Assembly (NCBI GenBank): GCA_964474825.1
Contig: CAYYWQ010000001.1
Coordinates: 820,152 to 884,151 of the forward strand
DNA: 64,000 nt
Reading direction: 5' to 3'
DNA from: an uncultured Candidatus Saccharibacteria bacterium
GTDB taxonomy: Bacteria; Patescibacteriota; Doudnabacteria; UBA920
Under the pieces are notes generated by a model. It saw only the letters and a program-made list of their open reading frames with translations. It was not told the DNA's origin and made no database searches. Both the position numbers and the translations under genes were made by a program. This document shows, piece by piece, positions 39,990 through 49,023 of the stretch (positions are counted from its first letter, which is position 1; every line of letters starts with the position of its first letter).

Positions 39990-41432
39990 CTACTTCTCAT
40001 CAACTGCCTTTTTACGGCCCAAACTTATATGCCTTAGCCAAAAATATGCGCCGACAATAATGATCCCTAAAAACGCGAACTGGTATTGTGAAATTTTTAT
40101 GCTCACATTCCCGTAAGGCACATGGGAAAAATTTTCGGTTACGCTTAGCATATAACGTAAGGCAAGGCCGGCGGCAAAAGCAAAACCGCGACCAATCCAT
40201 GGCAAAACACTAAAAAACCCAAGGAGCATAGTTAGCGGAACCAAGGGTAAAATTAAAATGTTAACCAAAGGAGCAACAATACTTAACCGGCCAAAGGTAA
40301 ATAATATTAAGGGCAGGGTTGCGGCAATGGCGGAAATAGTCGTAAGCAAAGTGGATTTAATATTTAAAAAATTATCCCACTTGGGAGTTAACTGTTCCAG
40401 CAGCGGCATAAAATAAACAATACCCATGGTTGCCAAGAATGAAAGCTGGAAGCCCGCGTCCCAAAATAAAATTTTAGGGTTAAGGAGAAGCATTATAAAA
40501 GCCGCAAAAAATAACGAAGGCCCCACGCTATACTGGCGGCCAATATTCCCGGCGAGCAATAACAAAACTCCCATAACCGCCGCGCGTATAACAGAAGCAG
40601 ATGCGCCCGACAAAACAACAAAACCTAAAATGACCGCGAGCGTTATGTAAAGCCTGGCGCGCCTGCCAGGCCAATGGGCTAAAAAGCCCAGCCAAGACAC
40701 AATAATACTAATGTTATAACCGGAAATAGCAATAACATGGGAAACCCCGGTGGCGTTAAAGTTGTCTATAACTTCTTGCGGCAGGGTCTTCCTCGCGCCA
40801 ATTAATATACCCATAAGCAAACTGCTTTGCGGCTCCTGTAAAAACTTGTCTACCCTTTTCGTAAAACTCCACTTAATCTGCAGCAGCCACTCTTTTACCA
40901 AATTTTGCTTGTGACTTTTGAGCGGCAAAATTTTTGGATATTTCATAACCGCGTAAACATTGTGGCGTTCCAAATATTTTGGATAATCAAAATCGTCAAA
41001 AGCTTGCGGCTCCTGAACCTTGCCGTTGAGCACCACCCAGTCGCCGTAAAAATAATTTGAAGTTACGGGCACGCTCACTAAAATTCGCTGGCTAAACCCT
41101 TTGGGCAAAATTGTTAAAAACTGGAAAGTTTGGCGTATGTCTACATCTTCCACAATATAGCCTTCCATTTCCTGCTTGCTGTCGAACAATTCTTGATATT
41201 CGCTTTGGTACATAGATGCTTGCAACCTAAGCGCGCCTAAAGACGCGCAAAATAAAAACACCGCCATAAGCGGCAGTATTTTATTTTTTAAATTAAAGCT
41301 TAAAGCAAATGCGACAGCGCATAATGCTAAAGCAATGAAAATTATTTGTCTTGGCAAAACAAAACGTGAAGCCAGCCAGATCCCGGCTGCAAAACTCACC
41401 GCAATCCCTATAAAAATCCTGCTCTTAGACAT
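39990..41432 (-). CDS. comEC: ComEC/Rec2-family competence membrane protein (no metallo-beta-lactamase domain)
   Basis: Polytopic, with the VSHVIAISGYNISII motif. Confidence 0.7.
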   Translation of the reverse strand: MSKSRIFIGIAVSFAAGIWLASRFVLPRQIIFIALALCAVAFALSFNLKNKILPLMAVFLFCASLGALRLQASMYQSEYQELFDSKQEMEGYIVEDVDIRQTFQFLTILPKGFSQRILVSVPVTSNYFYGDWVVLNGKVQEPQAFDDFDYPKYLERHNVYAVMKYPKILPLKSHKQNLVKEWLLQIKWSFTKRVDKFLQEPQSSLLMGILIGARKTLPQEVIDNFNATGVSHVIAISGYNISIIVSWLGFLAHWPGRRARLYITLAVILGFVVLSGASASVIRAAVMGVLLLLAGNIGRQYSVGPSLFFAAFIMLLLNPKILFWDAGFQLSFLATMGIVYFMPLLEQLTPKWDNFLNIKSTLLTTISAIAATLPLILFTFGRLSIVAPLVNILILPLVPLTMLLGFFSVLPWIGRGFAFAAGLALRYMLSVTENFSHVPYGNVSIKISQYQFAFLGIIIVGAYFWLRHISLGRKKAVDEK

Positions 41433-41646
41433 TCACCCGAAAAGTTTTAATTTTAGATTTCTGGCCCTTTGTTAGTTCAACCTGATGTTTCTTGAGTTTA
41501 AGATGTTCTGCCAAGGCCAAAATAACCGCTTCATTAGCCCTACCTTCCAGCGGCGGCGCGCTTACATAAATATGAAGTTGGCCGAACAAATCTTTTTCTA
41601 CGCGCGGTTTTTTGGAATTTGGATGTGCAGTAACAGTTATATTCAT
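41425..41646 (-). CDS. DUF167/YggU-family protein
   Basis: 73 aa. SAPPLEGRANEAVILALAE pattern. Overlaps comEC by 8 nt. Confidence 0.55.
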   Translation of the reverse strand: MNITVTAHPNSKKPRVEKDLFGQLHIYVSAPPLEGRANEAVILALAEHLKLKKHQVELTKGQKSKIKTFRVNV

Positions 41647-41666
41647 TATAGTTAAAACTCCCTCGC

Positions 41667-42182
41667 CTAGGCGAGGGAGTTTTTTACGAGTTGTTCCTTA
41701 CGGTTTGCCACAAAATATTTAACTAACTCATAGACTCCAAATAATGCTACCGTGTAGCCAACGTCGCCTATTAAGGTTCCCCGGAAAAACGGGAGGCCGT
41801 TGGTGTACGCGGAAATTATACCGCCCCAAGTGTGGGGATATTCAGAATATAAAAAGGCAAAGTTTGTTGTCAGAAAAAACACAAGAGCGGAAATAAATCC
41901 GGAAACACCAATTTTGAGCCACTTATTGTCCGGCGACTTTTTTATCCAAAGCCCCAACAAAATCCCAAATAAGTGCGCCGCGTAAACCGCAACCATTTGC
42001 CAAAAGCCAAAAAAACCAAGAAAAATGTCTGAAACTAAACGCGCTGCCATAGTCATACCAACCGCCTGCTTCTTAGGCAAATTAGCTGCGGCAAAAATTG
42101 CCAAAGCCGTAATTGGCACGGCATTGGACATGTGAGGAACAAACCTGGTTGCTATTGCTAAAATTATTATTAAATAAATCAT
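41667..42182 (-). CDS. Hypothetical polytopic membrane protein
   Basis: ORF with about 5 TM helices. Confidence 0.4.
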   Translation of the reverse strand: MIYLIIILAIATRFVPHMSNAVPITALAIFAAANLPKKQAVGMTMAARLVSDIFLGFFGFWQMVAVYAAHLFGILLGLWIKKSPDNKWLKIGVSGFISALVFFLTTNFAFLYSEYPHTWGGIISAYTNGLPFFRGTLIGDVGYTVALFGVYELVKYFVANRKEQLVKNSLA

Positions 42183-42466
42183 TTAGGTGCAATTAGTTTT
42201 TTATAATTATCATCTATTAACTTAAATAAATCATGCGCCACTTGATAGTCTTTTCTACTTTTTAAAATTTCCGAACACTTCTCTATTTCTGACATTACCC
42301 CCTCATCAAACAGTCGGGATCTTACAACCGAGTTTGCAATACCCTGAACCCGTCCAATATATTCATCAGGATCTAAAACTTCATTTTCTAATGTACCAAG
42401 TGAGTTTCTCAAATTTTCCAAGGACAACGCTCTTAAATTTGCTCTCCTGCTTTCTAAATTGTCCAT
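42179..42466 (-). CDS. Hypothetical protein (95 aa)
   Basis: ORF, 4-nt overlap with the neighbour. Confidence 0.35.
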   Translation of the reverse strand: MDNLESRRANLRALSLENLRNSLGTLENEVLDPDEYIGRVQGIANSVVRSRLFDEGVMSEIEKCSEILKSRKDYQVAHDLFKLIDDNYKKLIAPK

Positions 42467-42469
42467 AAA

Positions 42470-43096
42470 TTATTTTATTGCTTCTAATTTCCATTCTATC
42501 TTGTCTTGGTCTTTGGGCTTGTAGCTGCTGGCGCCCACGTTGCTGGATTTACCGTTTACATAAAAGGCCCAAAAGTGCCTGGTGTCCGGCTTTATTCCGT
42601 CAATCACCACAACCATTTCGCCAATACTGCCGTAACTTTCGGTTTCTATTGTATGGTCGCGCCTTAATAAATCTATGGCATTTTCCCCTACAGGAACAAC
42701 AGTTGAAAGTTTATTTAAATTAGAACCTTCAACAGTTTGCGCAACCGTTATGGTTGGTGCTTTCGGAACGCTGGTGGGTGTTGGCTGATTTGGAATATAG
42801 TCAGGACCATTTGGATTGTCCCGCGTTTGCGTTTGCCCATTCGGCTTAGGCTCCTGGCAAGCGTCACCTACGTCGTTATGATCACTGTCTTTCTGGTCGG
42901 AGTTAGATATTGCTGGGCAGTTGTCGTCCAAATTTGAAACCCCGTCCTTGTCAAAATCAAGTTGCTCTGCGGCCTTCTTTACATCTGCCAGACGCAGCTC
43001 AGCATCAGATACAGAATCCTTACTATTATTACAGCCTGCTGCTAAAAGCGTTGCAACCAATAAAACTAATAAAATTTTTGTGTACTTTTTTTGCAT
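42470..43096 (-). CDS. Lipoprotein with thrombospondin type-3-like Ca-binding repeats and a C-terminal DUF4430-like (transcobalamin/intrinsic-factor beta-domain-like) domain
   Basis: Lipobox LLAAGC. DKDGVSNLDDNCPAISNSDQKDSDHNDVGDAC. C-terminus FWAFYVNGKSSNVGASSYKPKDQDKIEWKL. Confidence 0.45.
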   Translation of the reverse strand: MQKKYTKILLVLLVATLLAAGCNNSKDSVSDAELRLADVKKAAEQLDFDKDGVSNLDDNCPAISNSDQKDSDHNDVGDACQEPKPNGQTQTRDNPNGPDYIPNQPTPTSVPKAPTITVAQTVEGSNLNKLSTVVPVGENAIDLLRRDHTIETESYGSIGEMVVVIDGIKPDTRHFWAFYVNGKSSNVGASSYKPKDQDKIEWKLEAIK

Positions 43097-43134
43097 AAAT
43101 CCTAAAAGCTAAAACCTAGAACCTAACACCTATT

Positions 43135-43749
43135 TTAATAGTCTATACCTTTTTGCGCAAGTATCCCCTTGTAATAAGGATGTTTAACCATTTTCATTTC
43201 CGTAACTAAATCACACTGCGCCACAATTTTGGGGTACTTGTTGTGCCCGGTTAAAACCAAATGTGTCATTTCGGGTTTTAATTTAATTAGGTCTAATATA
43301 TCGCGCTCTTCAATTAACTTGAGTTCCAAAGCAGAAATAAGTTCGTCTAAAATTATTACTTCATACTTTTTAGACAAAATAATTTCCCGTGCTCGTTCAA
43401 GACCATTAAGCGCCTCGCGAACATGCAAATCTTTTTGCTTTTGGTCGCCCAAAATTCCCACAAAGCCAATACCAACTTGTTCGTTGTCTATTTTACCAAC
43501 CTTTGACGAATAGCTAATGTTGTTAAAAAAATCAATTTCGCAGCTAAGCGGCCACTCACCCTCTTCGGTCTTGTCGACTGATGTTGCTTTAGCCTTTACA
43601 AACTGCAAAACAAAAACATTCATCCCCGCCCCACTAGCACGAACGGCAAGACCCATAGCAGCAGATGTTTTTCCCTTGCCTGTGCCAATGTAACAAATAA
43701 CCAGGCCTTTATTCTCTATTTTTTTATCGGGAATTTTTATCTTCGGCAT
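43135..43749 (-). CDS. cobO: Cob(I)alamin adenosyltransferase (CobO/BtuR type)
   Basis: P-loop YIGTGKGKTSAAMGLAVRA and DELISALE. Confidence 0.8.
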   Translation of the reverse strand: MPKIKIPDKKIENKGLVICYIGTGKGKTSAAMGLAVRASGAGMNVFVLQFVKAKATSVDKTEEGEWPLSCEIDFFNNISYSSKVGKIDNEQVGIGFVGILGDQKQKDLHVREALNGLERAREIILSKKYEVIILDELISALELKLIEERDILDLIKLKPEMTHLVLTGHNKYPKIVAQCDLVTEMKMVKHPYYKGILAQKGIDY

Positions 43750-43757
43750 AAATTTTT

Positions 43758-43786
43758 AGGCGGCCGGCTGGAACAGCCGGCCGCCT
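43758..43786 (-). terminator. GC-rich hairpin downstream of nrdJ
   Basis: AGGCGGCCGGCTG-GAACA-GCCGGCCGCCT. Confidence 0.4.
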
Positions 43787-43833
43787 ACTTTATAACTTTA
43801 TAAACTTGATAACTTTCAACTCTCAAAATTCGG

Positions 43834-46497
43834 CTAGCCGCATTTTGAATACCCACACATCTCACACTTTTGGCAGCCTTCGGCAAAGACTAACATGTTG
43901 GCGCAGGAAGGGCAGACTGGGGAGTTACCAAGGTTGGCAATGGAAACTTTGTGCGAAGTTTTGTAGGTTAGTTCACCGTTGGTCTTAATTTTTTCTTCCA
44001 CTGTAACGGTTTCGCTAATTTGTTCGCCAACTTTTAAAGCTGCGGCCGGGGCCATGGGAAGCTCTAACGCTAGCTGCTTACCGGGTCTCTTTATATGTTT
44101 TTCCAAAACTTTGGCAATGGCGTCCGGCAAGCTAAACACTACGCCGTCGGCAGAAAAGGAAACGTCGGGACTGCGAATGCCTTTTAACTGGGCAATAATT
44201 TCTTCGGTTGCCACGTTAGAACGCAGGGCCAAGCTAATCATTCGGGTAATAGCCTCGGTTTGAGCGCTAAAGAATCCGCCGGCTTTGCCCATGGTGGCAA
44301 AAACTTCAAACGGCCCTTCCTGGTCTTCGTTAATGGTAATGTACAAATTACCGTAAGCCGTGTTCATTTTATAAGTTACACCCTGCATTATGTCCGGGCG
44401 CTGTCTTGGCGCGTATTTTATTTGCACATTGTCGCCTACTACAGACATAACCTGTGGCTGCTCCAATTTCTTTTCCAACTTGTCTTCCGCGGCTTTTTTG
44501 TCCGAAGTCATTTTAGCTTCCACTTGGTCGGAGGCATCCTTCCCTAATTTGGTGTGGTCAGTGGCCAAAATTTGCTCGTCTCTGCTGCCGTCACGGTAAA
44601 TGGTGCCGCCCTTACAGCCTAAGTCGTACATTAAAGTGTAGAGCTGTTTGGTTTGTTCAATAGTGTAATCGGCCGGCGCATTGCAGGTTTTGGAAATGGC
44701 GCTGTCTGTCCAGCGCTGAACCGCGGCCTGGACTTTTACGTGCTCTTCAGGCATTAATTCCATTGCGGTTGTAAAATATTCCGGCAGTTCTTCTCCGGGG
44801 TGATTCTCCAGCCAGTCCTTAGCCAGCTTAATTTTTTCTTCGTGAACACCCAAACGACTCTTGCGGAAATATGTCCAGGAAAAGAACGGCTCAATGCCTG
44901 TAGATGTCCCAACCATGGTCCCCACAGTTCCGGTAGGCGCCTGAGTCATTATGGTAACGTTACGAATGCCGTACTGAGCAACAAGGTCCCGAATATAGCC
45001 GGGCATATTTTTCATAAAACCGGACTGCAAAAACTTGTCGGCATCAAACTGGGAGAAGGAACCTTTTTCGCGCGCAAGTTCCACCGAGGTTTCGTAAGCA
45101 GTAACCGCAATAAACTGGTAAAGCTTGTCTATAAATTCCACGCCTTTTTCGCTTCCGTATTTAAGCCCCAAATGAATTAACATTTCAGCCAAACCAATAG
45201 TGCCCATACCAACACGGCGTTCAGAGAGCTGCTGTTTTTTGTTCTCGTCAAAAAAGTAAGGAGTGGCGTCTATAACATTGTCCTGGAAACGCACAGCCTG
45301 CTGTACTGTAGTTTTTAATTCATTCCACAAAACTTCGCGCGTGTCTTTGTTAACATGCTTGGCCAAATTTACGTGCCCCAAATTACAAACGCCCCAGGCC
45401 GGCAGCGGCTGCTCTCCGCAAGGGTTAGTGCAAGGCAAGTCCGCGTAGTAATATGAGTTAGAAAAATAGTTAGCGCGGTCAATAAAATACATACCGGGTT
45501 CCGCGGACTTCCAGGCCGACTCAATTATGTTGGTCCAAATATCCTGGGCACGCACAGTTTTGTGTTTAATAACTTTGCCGCCTAATTCCTTCCAGCGTTT
45601 AATGTTGCCGTCCCACTTTTTTTCGTACAAAGGGTCTGTGGGGTCCGGGAAAATTAAATCCCATGGCTGGTCATTTTTTACAGCTTCCATAAAATCGTCG
45701 GTAATGCCTACGGAAATGTTGGCATTGGTAATTTTACCGGCTTCTTTTTTGCTGTTTATAAAGTCTATAACATCTGGGTGCCAAACATTCAAGATTAACA
45801 TCAAGGCCCCGCGTCTGCTGCCACCCTGTTCAATTAAGCCGGTAACGAATGAATAAAGAGATGCCCAGGAAACAGACCCAGAAGAGCGTCCGTTAACGCC
45901 TTTAACATAAGCATAGCGTGGCCGAAGGGATGATACATTAATTCCCACTCCGCCGCCGCGGCTCATAATTTCCGCCATCTGACTTAGCGTGTCAAAAATT
46001 CCCTGCCTGCTGTCTTTCGGATGCGGAATAACATAGCAGTTATAAAAAGTTAAATTCTGTCCCGTACCCGCGCCTGTAAAAATTCTGCCGGCTGGTACGT
46101 ATTTCCAGTCGTCCATCATTTCCCGGAATTTGCTTTCCCATTCCGTTCTTTTCTCCGCAGTTTTTTCCACGCTGGCAATGTGCCGGGCAATGCGTTCAAA
46201 CATTTGTTCCGGCACAGTTTCAAGCGGCTTGTCTACGTGTTCAATAGTGCGCATTTCCAAACTGTTGTCGCGCATTCTCACCTGGACTTCTTTTTTACCC
46301 AAATCTAAACTTTCAATAACCCCGATTTCCCGCTGTCCGGTTTTTGGATTTACCAAAACCACAACCGTGTCACCCACGGCTAAAGTTTCCCGCTTAACGT
46401 CCTTAACCGCATAGCGGTCTAAAAATATTTTTTCGCCTAATTCGGAAAGGCCGTTTACTTTTCGGGTTTGCAAGTTTTCTTTTATTTGGGTAGACAT
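43834..46497 (-). CDS. nrdJ: Adenosylcobalamin-dependent (class II) ribonucleotide reductase
   Basis: 887 aa. N-terminal IFLDRYA...ERIARHIA pattern and C-terminal Cys pairs. Confidence 0.85.
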   Translation of the reverse strand: MSTQIKENLQTRKVNGLSELGEKIFLDRYAVKDVKRETLAVGDTVVVLVNPKTGQREIGVIESLDLGKKEVQVRMRDNSLEMRTIEHVDKPLETVPEQMFERIARHIASVEKTAEKRTEWESKFREMMDDWKYVPAGRIFTGAGTGQNLTFYNCYVIPHPKDSRQGIFDTLSQMAEIMSRGGGVGINVSSLRPRYAYVKGVNGRSSGSVSWASLYSFVTGLIEQGGSRRGALMLILNVWHPDVIDFINSKKEAGKITNANISVGITDDFMEAVKNDQPWDLIFPDPTDPLYEKKWDGNIKRWKELGGKVIKHKTVRAQDIWTNIIESAWKSAEPGMYFIDRANYFSNSYYYADLPCTNPCGEQPLPAWGVCNLGHVNLAKHVNKDTREVLWNELKTTVQQAVRFQDNVIDATPYFFDENKKQQLSERRVGMGTIGLAEMLIHLGLKYGSEKGVEFIDKLYQFIAVTAYETSVELAREKGSFSQFDADKFLQSGFMKNMPGYIRDLVAQYGIRNVTIMTQAPTGTVGTMVGTSTGIEPFFSWTYFRKSRLGVHEEKIKLAKDWLENHPGEELPEYFTTAMELMPEEHVKVQAAVQRWTDSAISKTCNAPADYTIEQTKQLYTLMYDLGCKGGTIYRDGSRDEQILATDHTKLGKDASDQVEAKMTSDKKAAEDKLEKKLEQPQVMSVVGDNVQIKYAPRQRPDIMQGVTYKMNTAYGNLYITINEDQEGPFEVFATMGKAGGFFSAQTEAITRMISLALRSNVATEEIIAQLKGIRSPDVSFSADGVVFSLPDAIAKVLEKHIKRPGKQLALELPMAPAAALKVGEQISETVTVEEKIKTNGELTYKTSHKVSIANLGNSPVCPSCANMLVFAEGCQKCEMCGYSKCG

Positions 46498-46530
46498 AAT
46501 TTTAGAATTTAGAATATTGAATTTAGATTT

Positions 46531-46977
46531 TTATAATTTTTTTAGTTCTGCTTTAAACTCTTCCACGTCTTCAAACTGGCGATAAACAGCGGCAAAGCGG
46601 ATGTAAGCAACCTTGTCCGTCTTTCTTAATTTTTTCATAACTATTTCGCCAATGTCCGCGCTCTTTATTTCCCCGTCTTTGGCTTTACGCTGAATGTCTA
46701 TTTCTATAGAGGAAAGCAGTTTGCGGAATGTCTCGTCTGTATGGGGCCGCTTGTCCAGCGGCAGGCGGATACTGCGCTCAAGCTTCTCCCTGGAAAATGG
46801 CTGCTTCTTCCCTTCCTTTTTTACTACCGACAAATCCAGAATTTCTATTTCTTCATAGGTGCTAAACCGGAACTCACACTTGTCGCATTCGCGGCGGCGC
46901 CTAATTGCATTGCCTTCGTCTACAGGCCTACTATCCAGCACCTTAGTGTCTTCATTGCTGCAATTTGGACAACGCAT
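46531..46977 (-). CDS. nrdR: Transcriptional repressor NrdR
   Basis: MRCPNCSNEDTKVLDSRP zinc ribbon plus an ATP cone. Confidence 0.85.
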   Translation of the reverse strand: MRCPNCSNEDTKVLDSRPVDEGNAIRRRRECDKCEFRFSTYEEIEILDLSVVKKEGKKQPFSREKLERSIRLPLDKRPHTDETFRKLLSSIEIDIQRKAKDGEIKSADIGEIVMKKLRKTDKVAYIRFAAVYRQFEDVEEFKAELKKL

Positions 46978-47176
46978 ACTTTTAAAAGTTAACGGTCAAA
47001 TGGCTTAAAATATTTAATCTTATTATTTTTAGGGAAATTTAAAAACCCTTCTTTCCTATAAAATAGGATATTTGGCGCAGTAGCTCCTAACTTTCCCCTC
47101 TTCCCCAAATGAAGGGTTTTATGCGGTTTTGTTTTAAACTTGGCTTTTATGTCTGGAATCTCAGATATTCTGAAAC

Positions 47177-47222
47177 CACAATATGTAGTGCGTTACTAGT
47201 TAACTATAATACTACATATAGT
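47177..47222 (-). promoter_or_regulatory. Two NrdR-box-like palindromes (CACAATATGTAGTG and ACTACATATAGT), centres about 33 bp apart, upstream of nrdR-nrdJ
   Basis: Imperfect palindromes with a CAATAT / ACATAT core. The second lies inside a predicted promoter spacer. Confidence 0.3.
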
Positions 47223-47231
47223 TTATGTCAA
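47203..47231 (-). promoter_or_regulatory. Candidate promoter TTGACA-17-TATAGT (minus strand)
   Basis: The reverse complement of 47226-47231 is TTGACA and of 47203-47208 is TATAGT. Confidence 0.35.
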
Positions 47232-47352
47232 AAGCTTTATATTTTAAATCAAATCCTGTTTTGGCATTTAGATATCCACAAAAATAAATTAAAAAACTCT
47301 CCGGCGGCCACGAGGGACGCCGGAGAACAAAGATAATCCCCTTGCGCGAACG

Positions 47353-48024
47353 TCAATGAACGTTCGGCGGACGAAATCTGGCAGACTTGATGTAAATGCC
47401 CGCGCCCTCCAGGTGGGGTGCAAGATAATCAGTGACCATCTTGCGAAACTCCTTCTGCTGGTTGGCGTCGTAGGAGTTGTAAAACCTCCCTAAGGCAGTG
47501 TGGTTCGCGTGCTCGAACTCGTTCAGATACCACTGCAGAGTGGCCTGCGGTGTCGCGATCCACTCCGTCTTACGACGCCGTAGGTAACCCTCCACCGTTC
47601 CCACGGTTTCCAGCTCAACTTCACAAACCAACTCCTTGACCTCAGGGTTCGGGTTAATGGGGCTTGAGCCAACCCGAGCCGCTGCCGTAAGGCGCGAGTA
47701 CACTTCTCTTGTTGTGCCCTTGAGACGTTTGTCCCACGACCACAGAAGGGCGCCGTTGGGAAAATCAACAACTACTCGGTCGGCCGACAGGATCACAGTT
47801 TGAGAATCAATTCGCGTAACCGCCTGCCACCAGCCCAGGACAGCGACAAAGATAAATAACACCATCCCTGTCAAAGCCAAGTCAAAGAAATCCGGCGCTT
47901 TTCTCTCTTCATTACAGTCGTCCCTGTACTTCTTATTCTGCCATCGGTAAACCATAACGGGAACCCCGATGCCGACAGCAAAAGCCAAAGCAAGTACCAC
48001 AAAAGTCGGGTATGCATCAAGCAA
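47353..48024 (-). CDS. Hypothetical membrane protein in a short GC-rich segment
   Basis: 223-aa ORF with 2 TM helices. Local GC is clearly above the flanks. Confidence 0.45.
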   Translation of the reverse strand: MLDAYPTFVVLALAFAVGIGVPVMVYRWQNKKYRDDCNEERKAPDFFDLALTGMVLFIFVAVLGWWQAVTRIDSQTVILSADRVVVDFPNGALLWSWDKRLKGTTREVYSRLTAAARVGSSPINPNPEVKELVCEVELETVGTVEGYLRRRKTEWIATPQATLQWYLNEFEHANHTALGRFYNSYDANQQKEFRKMVTDYLAPHLEGAGIYIKSARFRPPNVH

Positions 48025-48135
48025 AATCCGCTCCTCCTTAGTGAGCTTCTAATATATTAACATTTCCCAATACATAAAAAAACTCCCCGGAGGCACAGCC
48101 GAAGAGTTTTTAATATTATTACAAATTTCCAATTC

Positions 48136-48534
48136 TTATTGTGACCAGTGCATTGTGAATGCGCCGGCTACGGAACCAGCAGACGCAGTCTGGGGTTTAG
48201 AATAGTCAGGCACTAAACTTGAAAGGCCAGCCATGGCGACAATCTTGGTGTCAGCATTGTCCATAACAAAGGCTAAACCCTCGTGGTAGCTTTGGCCATA
48301 AAATGCCAAGCTTTCCGAGGCAGGGCCTGTAATATAACTATGGACAAAATTTCCATAGCTACTGGCCGTGCTGTCTAACATAGCCACTACATTTTCCGGA
48401 GTAGGAGCCTGGGGCAGGGCGTTTGCTCTGCTGAAGCTGGCGTCGCTGGCACTAATGGCAAACATAAATGCCAATGAGAACAGCGAGACACCTAACAGAC
48501 TCATTACTTTTACCGGAGTTTCTTCAGTCATCAT
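48136..48534 (-). CDS. Small secreted hypothetical protein
   Basis: Signal-peptide-like N-terminus. Confidence 0.4.
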   Translation of the reverse strand: MMTEETPVKVMSLLGVSLFSLAFMFAISASDASFSRANALPQAPTPENVVAMLDSTASSYGNFVHSYITGPASESLAFYGQSYHEGLAFVMDNADTKIVAMAGLSSLVPDYSKPQTASAGSVAGAFTMHWSQ

Positions 48535-48927
48535 AAATTTTTATTTATTTTTTTTTAAAGACTAAAGTAACCTATTTTAAAAATCCTTTGGGCTGCAATT
48601 TTAGTATTTCGGCATCTTGTCAGAAAAAATTTTTCAGCTTAGCTTTGGCTAAACCTCAAAATTTATTTCTGCCGATCTGCTCGAAATCCTAAAATTTCGC
48701 CTCTCAAATTATTTTTCAAATAGGTTAGCAAAAAATTTAGCTCTCCAATTGTCAGAGCCAATCGCTAATCTTTAAAATCTTCTTTTCTTAATTGTGTTTT
48801 GTTTTTGTTTCTTAATCCGCGATTTTGGCGGATTTAGATAAAGTTTTCTTTGCCTTTTTGGCAATCGACCTTTGAAAACCTTGTACATGTATTATAGCAC
48901 AGCTGCGGAAAAAAAGCAAGAGGTTTC

Positions 48928-49016
48928 CACTACAGATGCCTACAGAATAAAAAAACTTCCGCCCAATCAGGATGGAAGTTTCTGTAGGTATCTGTAGTGA
49001 ATTTTTTCTGTAGCTC
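48928..49016. repeat. CTGTAG-family palindrome (CACTACAGATGCCTACAGAA ... TTCTGTAGGTATCTGTAGTG) plus TTCTGTAGCTC tail, immediately 3' of ftsZ
   Basis: 20-bp arms with a structured 31-nt loop. Third copy of the family. Confidence 0.6.
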
Positions 49017-49023
49017 CGTAGCC

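Noticed and set aside
47109-47336. 75-aa plus-strand ORF in the nrdR upstream region
   Set aside because: It lies across the predicted promoter and NrdR boxes, has no SD, and has a low-complexity translation.
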